This document shows positions 39,501 through 53,200 of a DNA stretch of 64,000 nucleotides, piece after piece. Numbering within the stretch: position 1 is the first letter of the stretch; each line of letters opens with the position of its first letter. Below the pieces are notes generated by a model, which worked only from the letters and a program-made list of their open reading frames with translations, searched no databases and was not told the origin of the DNA. Source of the DNA: Tubulanus polymorphus (taxonomy: Eukaryota; Animalia; Nemertea); NCBI RefSeq assembly GCF_964204645.1, contig NC_134025.1:3472001-3536000 (forward strand). Direction: 5' to 3'. Made by a program: the position numbers and the translations under genes.

Positions 39501-40550
39501 TTCCTTTATTTCAGCTTGATAAGATTGATGCAAATAAACATGATACATCTCTCAATGAGTCACCAATGAAAGTCGTTCATTCTGCATTAGCGCTTTCTTC
39601 GCCACTAGATCCCTTGGGTCCAATAGAAAGCACACCCAAACGTCCTGTCGATAAACATCAAGATAAAAGAGTTTTGAATCCATCACCAGAAAAAAGCAAT
39701 GTTCCAGTTTTAGAGGAAAAGCTCAAACAGCTGAGCGAAAGGTTAGTTCTAATCAAAGATATACAGGGATTTTTAAGGCAGTGATGGAATTAGATTTTTT
39801 AGGTGATAATAATGATTATATTTTTCAGGAATGTTAAGATCCATTCATATAGTAAATTCAGGTCTAATTTGTATTTTATTATTTATCTCTATAAATCTCA
39901 ATGGCTATAAATCTCATTCATTCCATCACTGTTGTACCGATTACCCAATCTTGGTGATTGGCCCTACTCTGGTCTGTTGTAGGATTGTAGCATCAATCTG
40001 CATTTTATTTCTATCCCATTCTCTTTATAGAATTGATCTATTTTTGCTTTGTTTGATTATGATTAGTTAATAATAGCTTATTCTTCATTGTAGACTTCAA
40101 CAGCTTGAACTTAGGAATAACGAAATAACCAAAGAAAAGAGTCATTTTGAAATCAAACTGGAAGAGGAGCAAAATCGCTGTGCTAGATTGCAGGAAGAAT
40201 TAGATCAGATGAATGAGAGCAGTCAAATATCAGATCAACTCGATGAAATTCGTATAGATATTGATCCTGAACGAGAAGTTCTTCTCGCTAATCCTACACT
40301 CAGTAAGTATCATTTATCAATCTAAAATTCATCACCGTCTGTGTATGGAAACTGATTCTTAAATATCATTTCTTTTTCTCCAGCTCGTTCTACAAGATCA
40401 TTGACGCAACGTGCTCGACGATGGTGGACTCGTAATGGTATAACAATGAGCAGGCTATTGAGAAGTCGTCCTAGATTAAGGACTGCCGTATTCTTATACT
40501 TCATCGTCATTCATGCGTTGATGTTTGGATGTCTGTTTGGATTATTCTAA
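24584..40550 (+). CDS. GOLGB1: Giantin / golgin subfamily B member 1-like tail-anchored coiled-coil protein (roughly 4,700 aa)
   Basis: Almost entirely E/K/Q/L-rich coiled coil. The last exon encodes RSRPRLRTAVFLYFIVIHALMFGCLFGLF*, a C-terminal TM anchor with the Y..xxH pattern of giantin/CASP/golgin-84. The N-terminal KTRLQAKAKV motif is giantin-like. Giant exon at 28488-39194. Confidence 0.82.
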
Positions 40551-43262
40551 AGGCATCGACAACGCTGATCAACCTATTCCAGAGATGTGATAGAATTATT
40601 CCTGCCAAAAACTGTGGATCTGAGTCTGCTGTGTGTATGTCAGTGTGTGCATTATTGCTGGCTAACTATTTATCTGTGATGTTCACACTATTGCTGCCAG
40701 TGTGATTGTGCAATGTATAATCGTAAATGTAAAATCTTGTAAAAAATAGACTTGTAATAGAATATGTACATATGTATATATAGACTGATCTGCTTTCTAA
40801 CTGTCTCTAAAAATACGTTCCTTCAAACTTGTAACGTAAATACAATGATAGAATTGTATATAGCTATACATTTCACTGGTTTCTTCAATTGAAAGGTAAT
40901 TGACACCAAACGGATTACCTTAATTTTATGGTCTTAATGCATTAATCCTATCATGTTTGATATCAATGAAAGATATAACAGGGATTTGTTTTTCAGCATC
41001 TAAGTTAGTTGAGTATTTGGATGTATGATTCTTTTGGCATTATATAAACTAAGAATTGAATTATTTGTTGATCATGATGATACATATCTTAAATGACTAC
41101 CGTAATTAGATAATTAAAATTCAGTTGATTGTTTATTGGAATGAACTTGGTGGTTACCGTATTTATATATGTTTTAAATCTTTTTAGCTATTATGTTTTT
41201 ATTTTGTATGTGTGCATCTAAATTAGTATTAGTTTTACCGGGTAAGCTTTAGTTATGGTATATATCATTTGCGATTTCTTTTTTTCCCTGGTTGGCAGCT
41301 ATTCACTTGCCTTGGTCAATTATTCATCAAATCGAATAGTTTCGTTTTATTGTGGCATATTCTTTTGCTCGCTGTTCTTTTCATTTATTCCGTTTAACTT
41401 GTCTGCATTTGATAAATTATTGTCTGCTTGCAAATGAAATTAAAGTGCGAGAATGATTCGAATATAACTCGGAAGAAGGGATCATTATTTTCCGTTATGT
41501 TTTAGCAATGATATATTTTTATAATGTGAATGTATCTCTTGAATGAAATAATCCGGTTGTTTGGGTTTTACGACGCTTCTGGTGTGGAAAAAACCTTCAT
41601 CTTAAGATATTGAATATTAAGAATAAAAGCAAAAATTATTATAAAATGTCGATCTCAGGTTGTTTATATCTGGTTTCGTGAATTAAGATAGGATGTTGGA
41701 TATCGCTTGGAATATGGAGGAAATCATTACATATTGGAATAAAGCGGATGGTCTAGTTTCCAAACTGAACTACATGCGCGTACATCCACACATATTTAAT
41801 GCATATTCTCTCATTTTTGGAAACGCTACTGTGTTCGTTTCATAGCATGAATAGCTAGCTGTTCGTGTATTTAGTTACGATATGTAGGTATGTCTTAAGA
41901 GAACGTGATTGAGACAATCAACTTCGAATTCTATACTCATAAAAGTTCACTTCATCTGAAAAGTTGGAATTCATCGCCGTGTGCGGTATGAGCGAAGCGT
42001 GTCCTTTAATTGTAGGCTACACGTTACCCGCTGATCATAGTGATGATTGATTACACGTACTAAAACCGTAAAATTGACCACTTAAAGAAAACTTTAGCAA
42101 TGGTTATATTTCGAGGCGACCTAACTTATATCTGATATTACATCCTAGCAGATCATCTTTTTAGTAAAGGTCACTTGTTGTATTAAGGATTGTCGAAAAG
42201 ACGACACATTCAGGGCCTCTCGAGAAATTATTCTGTGTGACCTTAAGGACTCTTATGCTACGTGGTTTGAAAGGGGCATAGGAAATATTCTCGATGTATT
42301 CGTTTAGACGCTAATATCTTAAGTGCCATTATACTGGAAGGGAGTAGATGTCGTTAATTGATAGGAATTTTCAAGTGACGTACATCCCACGAAGTTCTAC
42401 TAACTGAATGGTCTATATATTATCTAAAACGGACAATTAATTTGCTATGTCTCGACACATAATGGACTAAATAGGATAAATAAATAAAACGCATAAGGCT
42501 AAACACACAGGTGGATTCACAGTCATACCGAGAAGTCACGAATTTGTTTCAGGCGCTGACAATATATTTCGGTCACGCCGTTCGGTTAATGATACTCGTT
42601 TGTGATTTTGTCACGTTTTTGTTATTGCTTTAAAAATATGCCTGCATCGAAAACAATGCTTTGATCACGTTTTTATATAGTCAAATATGCGGCGTGGAAC
42701 TCGGCAGAATTAGTAGAGACAGTATAACATAGGCGAACAAGGGATAGCAATACCAAATTTAAGGAGACCCATCTCAGTCGTATCTCCATCACAGTCGATG
42801 ATGGGGCGCCGAGGGAAAAGTCATCGACGAGGTAAGTCTATGTAGCCGTGCCCCAGCCCGGCGTCATGTCGGGCGCCCCCCCCCCGGCCCCCGCCGGTGG
42901 GTTCTTTTCATCCGGAGCCGGCCGTGGCTATCATTAGAATTTTGATAAAGCATTGTAACACATAAACAAATATACTGTAATCAATTCGATTAGTCCGCGA
43001 AGCTTGCAAAATCCCTTGTGATGGATGCGCTAGTTCAAATTAAAACTGACCCGATTAGGGTCCCGTCCCGCCAGCCCGTCAAAGATCGATGAACGGCCGG
43101 TTAATTGCAGTACATAGTACAACCAGTCGGCCATGTTGGTTTGAAAATTACGAATTTTTAAGTTTTAGCAGAAAAATATGTATCATACGTAAATGGAATG
43201 TAGTTTTAATGCATGAAACGCTAATATCATAAAAATGGAGACACGCGAAGCTGTAGCTTCTT

Positions 43263-46200
43263 TTGAAGGTAATTTCATCGTCGCTTATTGATACAAAATA
43301 CGTAAGGAATTGTTGGCCTCCGCTCTCGTCTCTGCTGCTGCTGCTTAGCTTGTGTTTGTTTATGATCGTCTTAAAAAGTTAGTCTGCATGTTGAATGGGT
43401 TTATTTCCAAGCAGTACATCTAACGGGAGTGTTCCGGGTATCAATCAGTTTCAATGGTTCAGTCAGTCATCACGTAGGCCACCACTTGTCTAACAACAGT
43501 TTAAATGTATTTCTTCTTCCAGGTGCTGATGCTGGTGGTATAGATATGGATGTCATGAATGTATCAATAAAATGTGTGTGTAGTCCATTAGGTTACTGCG
43601 ATCCTGGCAAAGATTTCTGTCAGACAAATCGAACTGTAAGTTTTATTTTGAATTACTCGTAATAAATAATAGTTTTAACAAATTCCCATTTCAACTGAAC
43701 TATTTGTAATTTCTTGTTATTCGACTCTTATTGAAGTGTTTTTCTTCGCTGACCAAAAATGGAGCATTTGAACGAAATACGAAAGGTTGCATCGACACAT
43801 ATGAAAGATCGAAGATGAATTGTAAAGTTGGACCAACACCTGATGTAACTGTCGCTTGCTGTAGAACTGAGTTTTGTAATGATAATCTAACTCCGACATA
43901 CGCTCCTTTGACTGAAGGTATTTTGAGATAAATGTCTTTTATATTTAACTATGAAATGTGCTTGAAAGAAACACTGTGGTTTTTTTTGAATTGGCGGCTT
44001 TATTTTAAGTAAATGTGATATTGCTGTCCCCCTATAAGATAGCAATATAACTGGTTAGGATTAGGATTAGGAGAGTTAGGGCCCATTTTATAGGACTAGG
44101 TTAAGGTTTAGGACATGAAATGTTTGATTGTTTGAAGGGAAACTCAGAAGTCTAGTTTATAAACTTTTGATAAGTTGGAATCCTGAATTGTTTCTACAAT
44201 GCTGCCTTAGAGGTTCAGTACCTTGGTAGGTTTAGTGGGCATGCACGTTGTCGTTAACCTGTTGAAGAGGGGCCAGTTGCTCATTGTAAGGTTAACCATT
44301 GGATAAATACCATGGCAAGAAAGAAGCTTTCATGTCAACTATCCACTGGGTAAATTGAACCAACTTTCTGATCCCGGAATGAGTTACCTGGTATTTGATT
44401 CATTTAAGCGTCAGCATTATATCTACAACTGTATTCTATTTTTTAGTTCCAGGTGGTAATTTCATCGTACCGGGTCCGATGTATAGCAGTTTACAACTGG
44501 CGCTGGTCATCTGCATTCCTATATTAGTTTTATTTGTTCTGATCGCTGTCACAATCATCGTTATTCGAGCTATATTCAAACGTCGTATGGCTGTATTGAA
44601 AGCTCGTGAGAAACAACTCGACCGCGATTACGGAAATGACATACAAGCAACACTGATCGGTGACAGTACTTTGAAGGTATGAATATCCAATGCATGGTTC
44701 ACACCGATCTCGAAATTGGGGAATTTATTTTTCGCTGCTAGGGAAATAGGGAATTCTGAAATAAGTCTCTGATATTGAGTTTTTGGTGATTTGTTGTTCT
44801 GCCTGGTAACGAGTCACTCGTAGTGGCACAAGAGAAGAAACACCCTCCCCCTCCCCCACTGAGGATATCTGATTTATAATTTGTTTATTTTGTTGTAGGA
44901 TGTATTTGACCATTCATGCACATCAGGAAGTGGATCCGGGCTTCCTTTCCTCGTTCAGAGGACAGTCGCTAAACAGGTCACCCTCGTCGAAAACATCGGT
45001 AAATATTGATTTATTTATTGGAATCGTTTCTATCTAAATCAGCAGGGGTGAGATAGGTGTGAAAAAAACTCTTTAAAAGTTTTATTTTTCTCCATGAATT
45101 CCAGTTGCGCTAAAGTGTATGAACCCTGATCGATTATTGATGTAATCTCTCTCCGTTTTTAGGTAAAGGTCGCTACGGCGAAGTGTGGCGGGGACAATAT
45201 CAGGGTGAAAATGTCGCCGTGAAAATATTCTCATCGCGAGACGAAGCGTCGTGGGCGAGAGAAAGTGAGATTTACAATACGGTATTATTGCGTCACGAAA
45301 ACATTTTAGGATTTCTAGCCAGTGATATGACGAGTCGTAACTCATGCACGCAACTGTGGTTAATTACACATTATCACGAATATGGATCTCTTTATGACTA
45401 TTTGAATCGTTGCGTATTAGATCATCATCAGTTGTTGCGACTCGCGCATTCGGCGTCGGCCGGCGTCGTTCACTTGCACACGGAGATCTTCGGCACGCAA
45501 GGAAAGCCGGCGATCGCGCACAGGGATATCAAAACGAAAAACATTTTAGTGAAGAAGAGCGGTACGTGTTGTATCGCCGATCTCGGTTTGGCCGTCACTC
45601 ATTCTCAAAAGACGAACACAATCGATCTGGGAAATAACAATAAAGTCGGCACGAAGCGTTACATGGCTCCGGAGGTTTTAGATGAACGCATCAACTGCGG
45701 ATCGTTCGATTCGTTTAAATGTGTTGACGTGTATGCATTTGGATTAGTTATGTGGGAGGTTTGTCGTCGTACTATGACCGGAGGAGGTTAGTGTCTATGG
45801 ATACTCGTATCGATTTCAATATATAATTCAATATTTATTGATTATATGGAAAGAACCTACTGTAATCCATGTTAGAGTTATATATGTGCAAGTTGAATCA
45901 CTCGAAATTGCATTATCCAAGGGGCTAAAATAAGTCTCACAGTTGTAAATTGGCTAAAAAGATTCATTCAAATATAAAGATAATTCGGCGAAAATGATAT
46001 CTGATAATTACAACTGACAAAGGTTGATAGTATCGCCTGAAATATTTCTATATTTCAGGAAAATATTTAGATCTATTTCCGTAAGATCCATGAATTTGTT
46101 TCTATTTACTAGGAATAGTGGAAGAATATAAACCACCATTTTATGACGTGGTCCCGACCGACCCGAGCTTCGAAGATATGAGAAAAGTTATAGTCATCGA

Positions 46201-46578
46201 TCAACAAAGACCTACAATACTCAATAGATGGGCCAGTGATGAGGTGAATCGCTATAGATATATAATCCCACACCTAGAATCAAAAAGAAGAGTCAGTTAT
46301 ATTATCAGGCTATAGTTGAAATGTTGGATAAACTACTAGCTCAAGGAAATATTTCGAAATCTTTTTCATCGTAGTTTGTTGTAGTTATAATGTGCATTTA
46401 CTAATCGTCAATTTGTGAATTTCAGGTTTTGACACAAGTGGTGAAATTGATGAAAGAGTGCTGGTATCAGAATCCATGTGCTCGTTTAACTATGTTACGC
46501 GTGAAAAAAACCTTAGCTAAACTAATTGAAAAATTAGAGAAACAAGAAAACAAAGGCAAAGGTAAAACTGACAAATGA
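43263..46578 (+). CDS. ACVR1: BMP/activin type I receptor kinase, ALK1/2 (saxophone) group; start codon uncertain
   Basis: Signal-peptide exon, Cys-rich ectodomain (CCRTEFCND), TM helix, GS box [19 protein letters not shown], and a kinase with the ALK1/2-type L45 loop [19 protein letters not shown] and GTKRYMAPE. Confidence 0.95.
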
Positions 46579-49500
46579 AATCGGCTTCTATTCATCGAAT
46601 TCAACTTGGTTCGAGATCTGACTTTTGTTCATTTCTGTTTGAGTACCGGTATAAAAATTTCTGTTTTTGTCTTTCAGGTGAAATTGTGCTTGTATAGATG
46701 GAATAACCCCTTAGCTGAAATGTTGTTACTTGCTACTGTTAAATACCGCAGGAAATGTGTGGTGTCTTTAGCTTATTCACAGATGATTCCTAGTTCACCG
46801 TATTCGATCAAATCGAGTTTTCTGTTTTCCTCCAATGCAATGTCTTCCTTTGTTCGCCATTTCTGGCTACATTTATTTCATCAAAATCAAAACTTTAGAT
46901 GACGCATGTATGAAATCTACGTATTATACGGTTATATGAATAATGTGTTGTAAAAAACTTTATGTAAATGTTTAAAATAATGAAGATAATCATGTGAAAA
47001 AATGTCTTGTATCTCCTCTGAAATATTTTCATTTCAATTGAAACAAATTTACAGTTCATTTGATTATTTGAATGAGCGGTAAATTATATCTACCTAGAGA
47101 CCACAGGGGGCCATTTCATGGAACGAAGTTCAGATAATGCACACTTATACTGACACTGAAATGTAAAGCCATTCTTTGAAGCGGTCCCCAGAAGTGTATA
47201 TTTGTATAAAGATATGCATGCATGTGTTTTCGCTTCATTGTGAGAGATGACACACGTGTTCATTGGTTACTGTATAAAATTGTACATTATGATATTTAAT
47301 AGTAACTTATAGTAAGGGTAAGTTACATTTTGTACAGGCGATTATTGTATAAAATGGTGCTGCATTGTTGTCTACATATGATAATATACATGTTTTGTGT
47401 TACTTTTAATATCATCGTCATCCAGTAAAAGTTGTATTTTGATCATAGATAAGAACAATTGATTGATTTTGATTTAGTACTTAGTATGCGGCATTGAAAT
47501 ATCGTATCGCATGTACGATAGCGATACAATGATATTTTCATTTTCTAACACTTTTGATGTCAGTACAAGTAGATCGAAAGATTGCTGCTATATATTTGAC
47601 AGGGTTAGAAACGAAAAAAAAACTGGAATTATTAATTTGTAGTGCGAACGAGAGTTTGAAGAAGTCTTTAAAAGAACGAACTATTTTAGTTGATTGTGTA
47701 GATGCGGTATAGATGAATATTCAGGGAAAATATCATAGTAATGTATACGTTATTATATTATCTCACAGTATTTGTATGTATAGAATACATAATCACTGTT
47801 TACATGTAGTTAATCCTTTCAGACAAAATGATATGACAATCTGAACTGTTTATTTGTACTTATCATCGGTCAATTAAAAACACCACCACGCTCATTAAAC
47901 GAACAGTTTACACAGTTATGATACAGCATAAGAGATTTTAACTCCCGGTACAATTGAACAGACTGTCGATCATTAGAACAAATGTTTGAGTAATCCTTTA
48001 GATTTTGTTGTATTGTGTTGTTTAGAATCCTGCTGACTTCTATCCTGTGATGATGAATTTAGTACTGTATTTATTTGGGGAAGAAGTTTACGACTGACAC
48101 TCATTTATTTTTATGATGCAGGTCTAACTGTACTTTAATGATGCTCTCTGTGTCAAGAGAGTTTGTATTTTCTTCAATGAAGTTTACACTTGTTCTCCAT
48201 AAGATTATTGCTCTGTTCTATATATGTAAACGTATTGTATTTCGATTCGATGGAATTCATGAATATTTCATGTGGAAGGTTAAAATTAAAGCTTTTTAAC
48301 ATCTGTATAACGAATGCCAGTCAATATTGATGACATTTAAAATCAGTTCATACAAGCTTTTAGTTAAAGATCTGGCCACTAAGTAGCCTTAATGTTACTT
48401 GGCATTCTTTTTTTGTTTGCCACAAATAAGTTGTCCTCTTAAATGAGCAACTTGCAGATTTTTATGCTCGCGGGATTTGTATACTTTTTTACTCTTAGTC
48501 GATTTATGTTGAAATAAAATATATTAGTTTTCTTCATTTATGTCTTGTTTCTTTGTTTGTATGAGAATGGTCACACAGGGTCTGCTCATGGATGAAACAT
48601 ATTCCAACCAAGTCATGTATATAACGATAAACGACAAAAACCGACATTAACCGTAAATGATATGGTAGCACTGGACAGGTGGAGCAGGGCGTCGGATATA
48701 TTTGTACACTGGGGTGTCCCGAGTTTGAACCTAGTTCCAGGTAATTATCTAGAGGATCTCCTGGGTTTGCACATGGTAGATACTGATGCTGATTCTGTGG
48801 TCCTGATACTTAACAGGATGAAACCCGATAATTGCAGATATTGATTCAGAGTTGTAGCAAAGAAACTGAATACAGTTAAGAAAAGCTTTATTTGAATTTG
48901 ATTATTACATTATAAAACAGGCAAGAATCCAAGCAAGAAATAAATCGTCTGGATAGGTTTATATTTGATGGATGGATAATAAATATCTCAATGAATTAAC
49001 AATATGATCATATAATAGTGGACTTAATCATATAGCAATTAATTAAATGGGAAACATGATTGGAAAACCTAAGCTCGTTGAGTTGACTTTTTCTAATTCA
49101 GCTAATAACATGCAACAACATAAACCATAAACTACATTTGTCAAATACTCAAACAAATAATTATAAGGTGGCGTCACAGCCAGGACAAAGGATTAACCGA
49201 AACATCTCAAACAAAAAAAGTCAAATCGCCGATACATGTTAAACAGGCCTAATAAGCAAATCCTTCGTGAAGTTGGTATTTCTTTTTCAACTTTAAACAC
49301 AATCAAAATCCTGTGGAATAGAACTAACAGAACCTACAACACACATTTACAAAAGCTACACTACCATCTTAATATATTATACTCATAATGTTGATATATA
49401 AAAATATGTGATATATATATATATATAATATCAATAATAAATGTACAATGTAGGTATAGTCCTTATATAATTCATTTATAAATTCATTTTTTACTTTTAA

Positions 49501-50203
49501 TGACTTGGATAATCTAAGGTAATATGCTCAAAACCTTAGGCAAAATGGTTTTTACATCGCATTTGTATCATGATCTGATATAAAATGGCCCCAACCATTA
49601 ACATTTGCTCGCCAAAATCAATAATGTATATAATCAAACAGTTTATAAAATCCCTAACCTGAACAAGCATCAGTAGACAATATAAAAATGTTTTGAGTGC
49701 AAAGTGTATGAAGATATGTATCATAATAGATAGAGAAGTCAGTTGTACAGAACTATACATATTGATTAAATATATTGAGCCATGATTCTTGAAATTATAG
49801 TTAAGTGCCCATGATGATTGAGATACCGTTCTACTTCTCAAAATACCACAATTTGAAAATTCACGAAATAATGAAGAATTGTCCATTCAGGACACATATT
49901 TCATTTTCATAGTTCAACAATGACTTATCGAGGTTTTCATTTCATCAAGCCATAGAAATAGGAAATGGAATGTCAATCTATGCGTCATTTTCAAAACAGT
50001 GAGGACGGTACAGTGTCTTAGTAAGAGGACTGAATTTTGAAATTTTCAATAAAAATACATTCTAAACAGTATTTGGACGGGCTATGAATTTACTGACGAA
50101 TAATAAATAATTTGAACAAAATACAAATATGAAAATCGCAAATATTGGCTCGCACAAACCAGCACCGAATGTGACTTTCAGGAAGCCACGTTTCTTTGTG
50201 GTA

Positions 50204-53200
50204 TTAGTAAACCCAGTTAACCGGAACCCACTGCGGTTCAGTGATCAACGTTTCCATGTTTTCAATCAGAGATCTGTAAGTTTCTTCCATGTTATCGTTG
50301 ACTATAATGCAATCGAAGTAATGTCGGAACTGTCGTTCAATACGTGCGCTTTCATCGACGGTGCGAATAAAATCGCGTTCCTGAAAAATGTAAGTATATC
50401 ATGTACCGATTCATTCATAACAACTCTTTTTTTAAATGGATGATTGTTCAAATTGCTTACGTTATAAAACTTCTGAGTGACGCCCTCAGCCCGACCTAAT
50501 TCGAACATATTCCTCAGGATTTCGATACTCGGCGCAGCGACAAACACGATGTAAGGCATGAATTCAGCTGTCTTTAACATATTGATCGACTGAAACAAAT
50601 AACAAGAATAATCTGACGATTACCTAAACTGAATTCTCCAATAGTGTCAACAATTCAGAAATCTGATAAATATCTATTAACCTGGGCATTACAATCGACG
50701 ATACAAATCTTGCCACGTTGTATTACACCTCGGATTGTATCCAACTTCACACCGTACATATTACCATGGAATTCACCGTGTTCGAGAAACTTATCATTCC
50801 TGATGTCTTCTTCCATTTGTTCTCGCGACGAGAAGAAATAGTTGATGCCATGTTCTTCGCCACCTCGCGGTGCACGGGATGTATCTATGAAAATAATACA
50901 CCAATGGTTTTCAAGAATAAACTAATGAATGCAACAGAAATACTTGAATGTGGTATTCACCACGTTTGTCTCCCAGGGGTAAGCCTAAACCTAAACCTAA
51001 ATCTCAACTCTCACAAGTTTCAGAAAAAATCATTCCGTATTGACACACTGACTGAAATAAGATGTCTCTTCACTGTGGATAAATAGCCCTAATGAGTGAT
51101 ATTGAGTTCTGTTTTAACGTACGTGGAATAGCTGTTCCAAATGTTTTGGGACTGTGTTCTAGAAGCAAATCTTTCAGTGATCGACGACCAACACCAGGAG
51201 CACCGACTAACACTAACGTTTTCCTCTGGAAAGGCGGTAGTCGCGTAACTTCTTCATAAATCATAATATCAGCACCATCGAGCTCTGTAAGAAATAACAA
51301 ATCATGTAGCGGTAATGCGTATCATCTTTAAAGGGATCACGTTTAAATTAAAGATTATTATTACCTGAACTTTTATTTGTACTGTACATTTTCTTCTTCT
51401 TTTTCTTGGATGACATACCGCAGAACACTGAAAATACAATCAGTTTGCAATTTGAAATTACAGTAATAGCTTTTACCTTAAAACTGTTCTTACTACAATA
51501 TATCACATATTATGCTTACATGATTTGCTTGTATAATCATATTCAGGGCGAACAAATGCTTTACGTCTTTCTTCGAGAGCTTGGGATGGAATGAGACCAG
51601 CCCGGCAATCATCTGTCACTCTCTTTGCCTAAAATATTCATATTCACGGAAACCTACCGATATATCCATTGTAGAAATTTCAACATTGCGTATCAATAAT
51701 TGATTCAAAACCGTACCTGCCACCAAGAATTATCATCCATATTCAAAATCTGTAAAATGTCACCTTCCGAAAATGGTAAACCAGCTTCTTTACACGGTAT
51801 CAGTGTATCTTTTGATGGATCGTATGCGAAATGAGTTTTCACAAATATCTAAAGATTATGAAAAATAAAACTATTACATACATGTGTACATGTATTACAG
51901 CGGACAGGACATTATTTCAGCAAATAAGAATATTGATAGATAGCTTTATCCTGATTCAATTAATCCCATGATCAGTTTCATTCAAGCTAATTCAGTACAC
52001 CGATAGAAATTCCTGAACAAGACTTGACGGTGTCAAAACTATTTTTTCATTGATGGTTTGAATGAAAAGAATAAATTTTTCATAATTCTTTATCCCGTTG
52101 ATGTAAAATTTCCAGCATGAAAATCGCAACATGCAAAGAATGCAAGAATTTGCGTGACAATCAACTGTCTGAACATAGTGACCCGTGCATAGATTGAATC
52201 ATTGTGTCGGTGATATATCGTTAAAAGCAAATAGGAATGAAAATCATTTGAAGATATATCACTTGAAGTAGATATGTACTTCAGGGTTCATAGGGAGGAA
52301 AAAATAGGGAATCCAAGGGTGTACCGTATTCTTATCATCTGTTTCTTCTTTGATAGGTTGCTATAGATAACAATTATACATAATAAGAAAAATATTCGCA
52401 GCACATTTTGAATCCAAACTAATCAAGATAATCTGTGTAAAAACAAATGTACTCGTGTGTGGGTAATTAGGTACAGGAGAACTATCAATAACATACACAC
52501 ATTGGTGCTACCTGAGAGTATTACTACTTAGCTAAAAAATGGTAATGTACGACTACACAAGGGTTTAACCTCGATAAAAAAAATAAGACACCGAGACAAA
52601 TATAAGCAACATTTATGTTACCTTCTACAAAGATGGATCTACGATTCCCCGGTTGCTCAATACTCTTACAGTCTCGATAGTCTGATAAAAGATAATTACC
52701 CCTACCTGAGGAGTGTTGGTTTCGGACTTTGTCGACGGAATTATCTTAAGTGTGATACTGCCGTAACTAGCTTTCTTCACAATGTCCATCATCTGTTCAG
52801 GAGTGTTGACCACCTGACCATTAATCTCCTTGATAATATCCCCAACATGCAGTAAACCTAATCAAACAAAAACTAAAAGTAAATCATTCGACGAACTTTA
52901 GTTCAGATTCAGTACAGACTTCATGTTCTAAGTAAGTGTTGATAGTTAGATATATTTGTTATCTACTGATTGGCTCGAAGAACATTAAGCATTGATCAGT
53001 ACATTTACCGGTAATTACCATATTAACTGAAAATAAGGATTGAACCACATAAAAAACAAGGATGATAGTGGACAAAAACCAGATACCTACACCGGTGGAT
53101 AAATTGGTAGATAGATTCACCAGTATGTGTGTGTGTATGTGTGATGATTGAGTTTCATGGATATTGATGATAAATGCAACTCAAAAGGTCAACACATGCT

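Noticed and set aside
44050-44115. TTAGG-like repeats as interstitial telomere
   Set aside because: Few degenerate units; more likely low-complexity or repeat debris (similar at ~50985).
47105-47190. MITE-like inverted ends in the receptor 3' region
   Set aside because: Too degenerate to support without a genome-wide search.
48660-48740. Second tRNA-SINE head
   Set aside because: A- and B-box matches are poor and there is no T-stem.
52512-52531. Additional MAGUK microexon
   Set aside because: 20 nt, frameshifting, with no other support.
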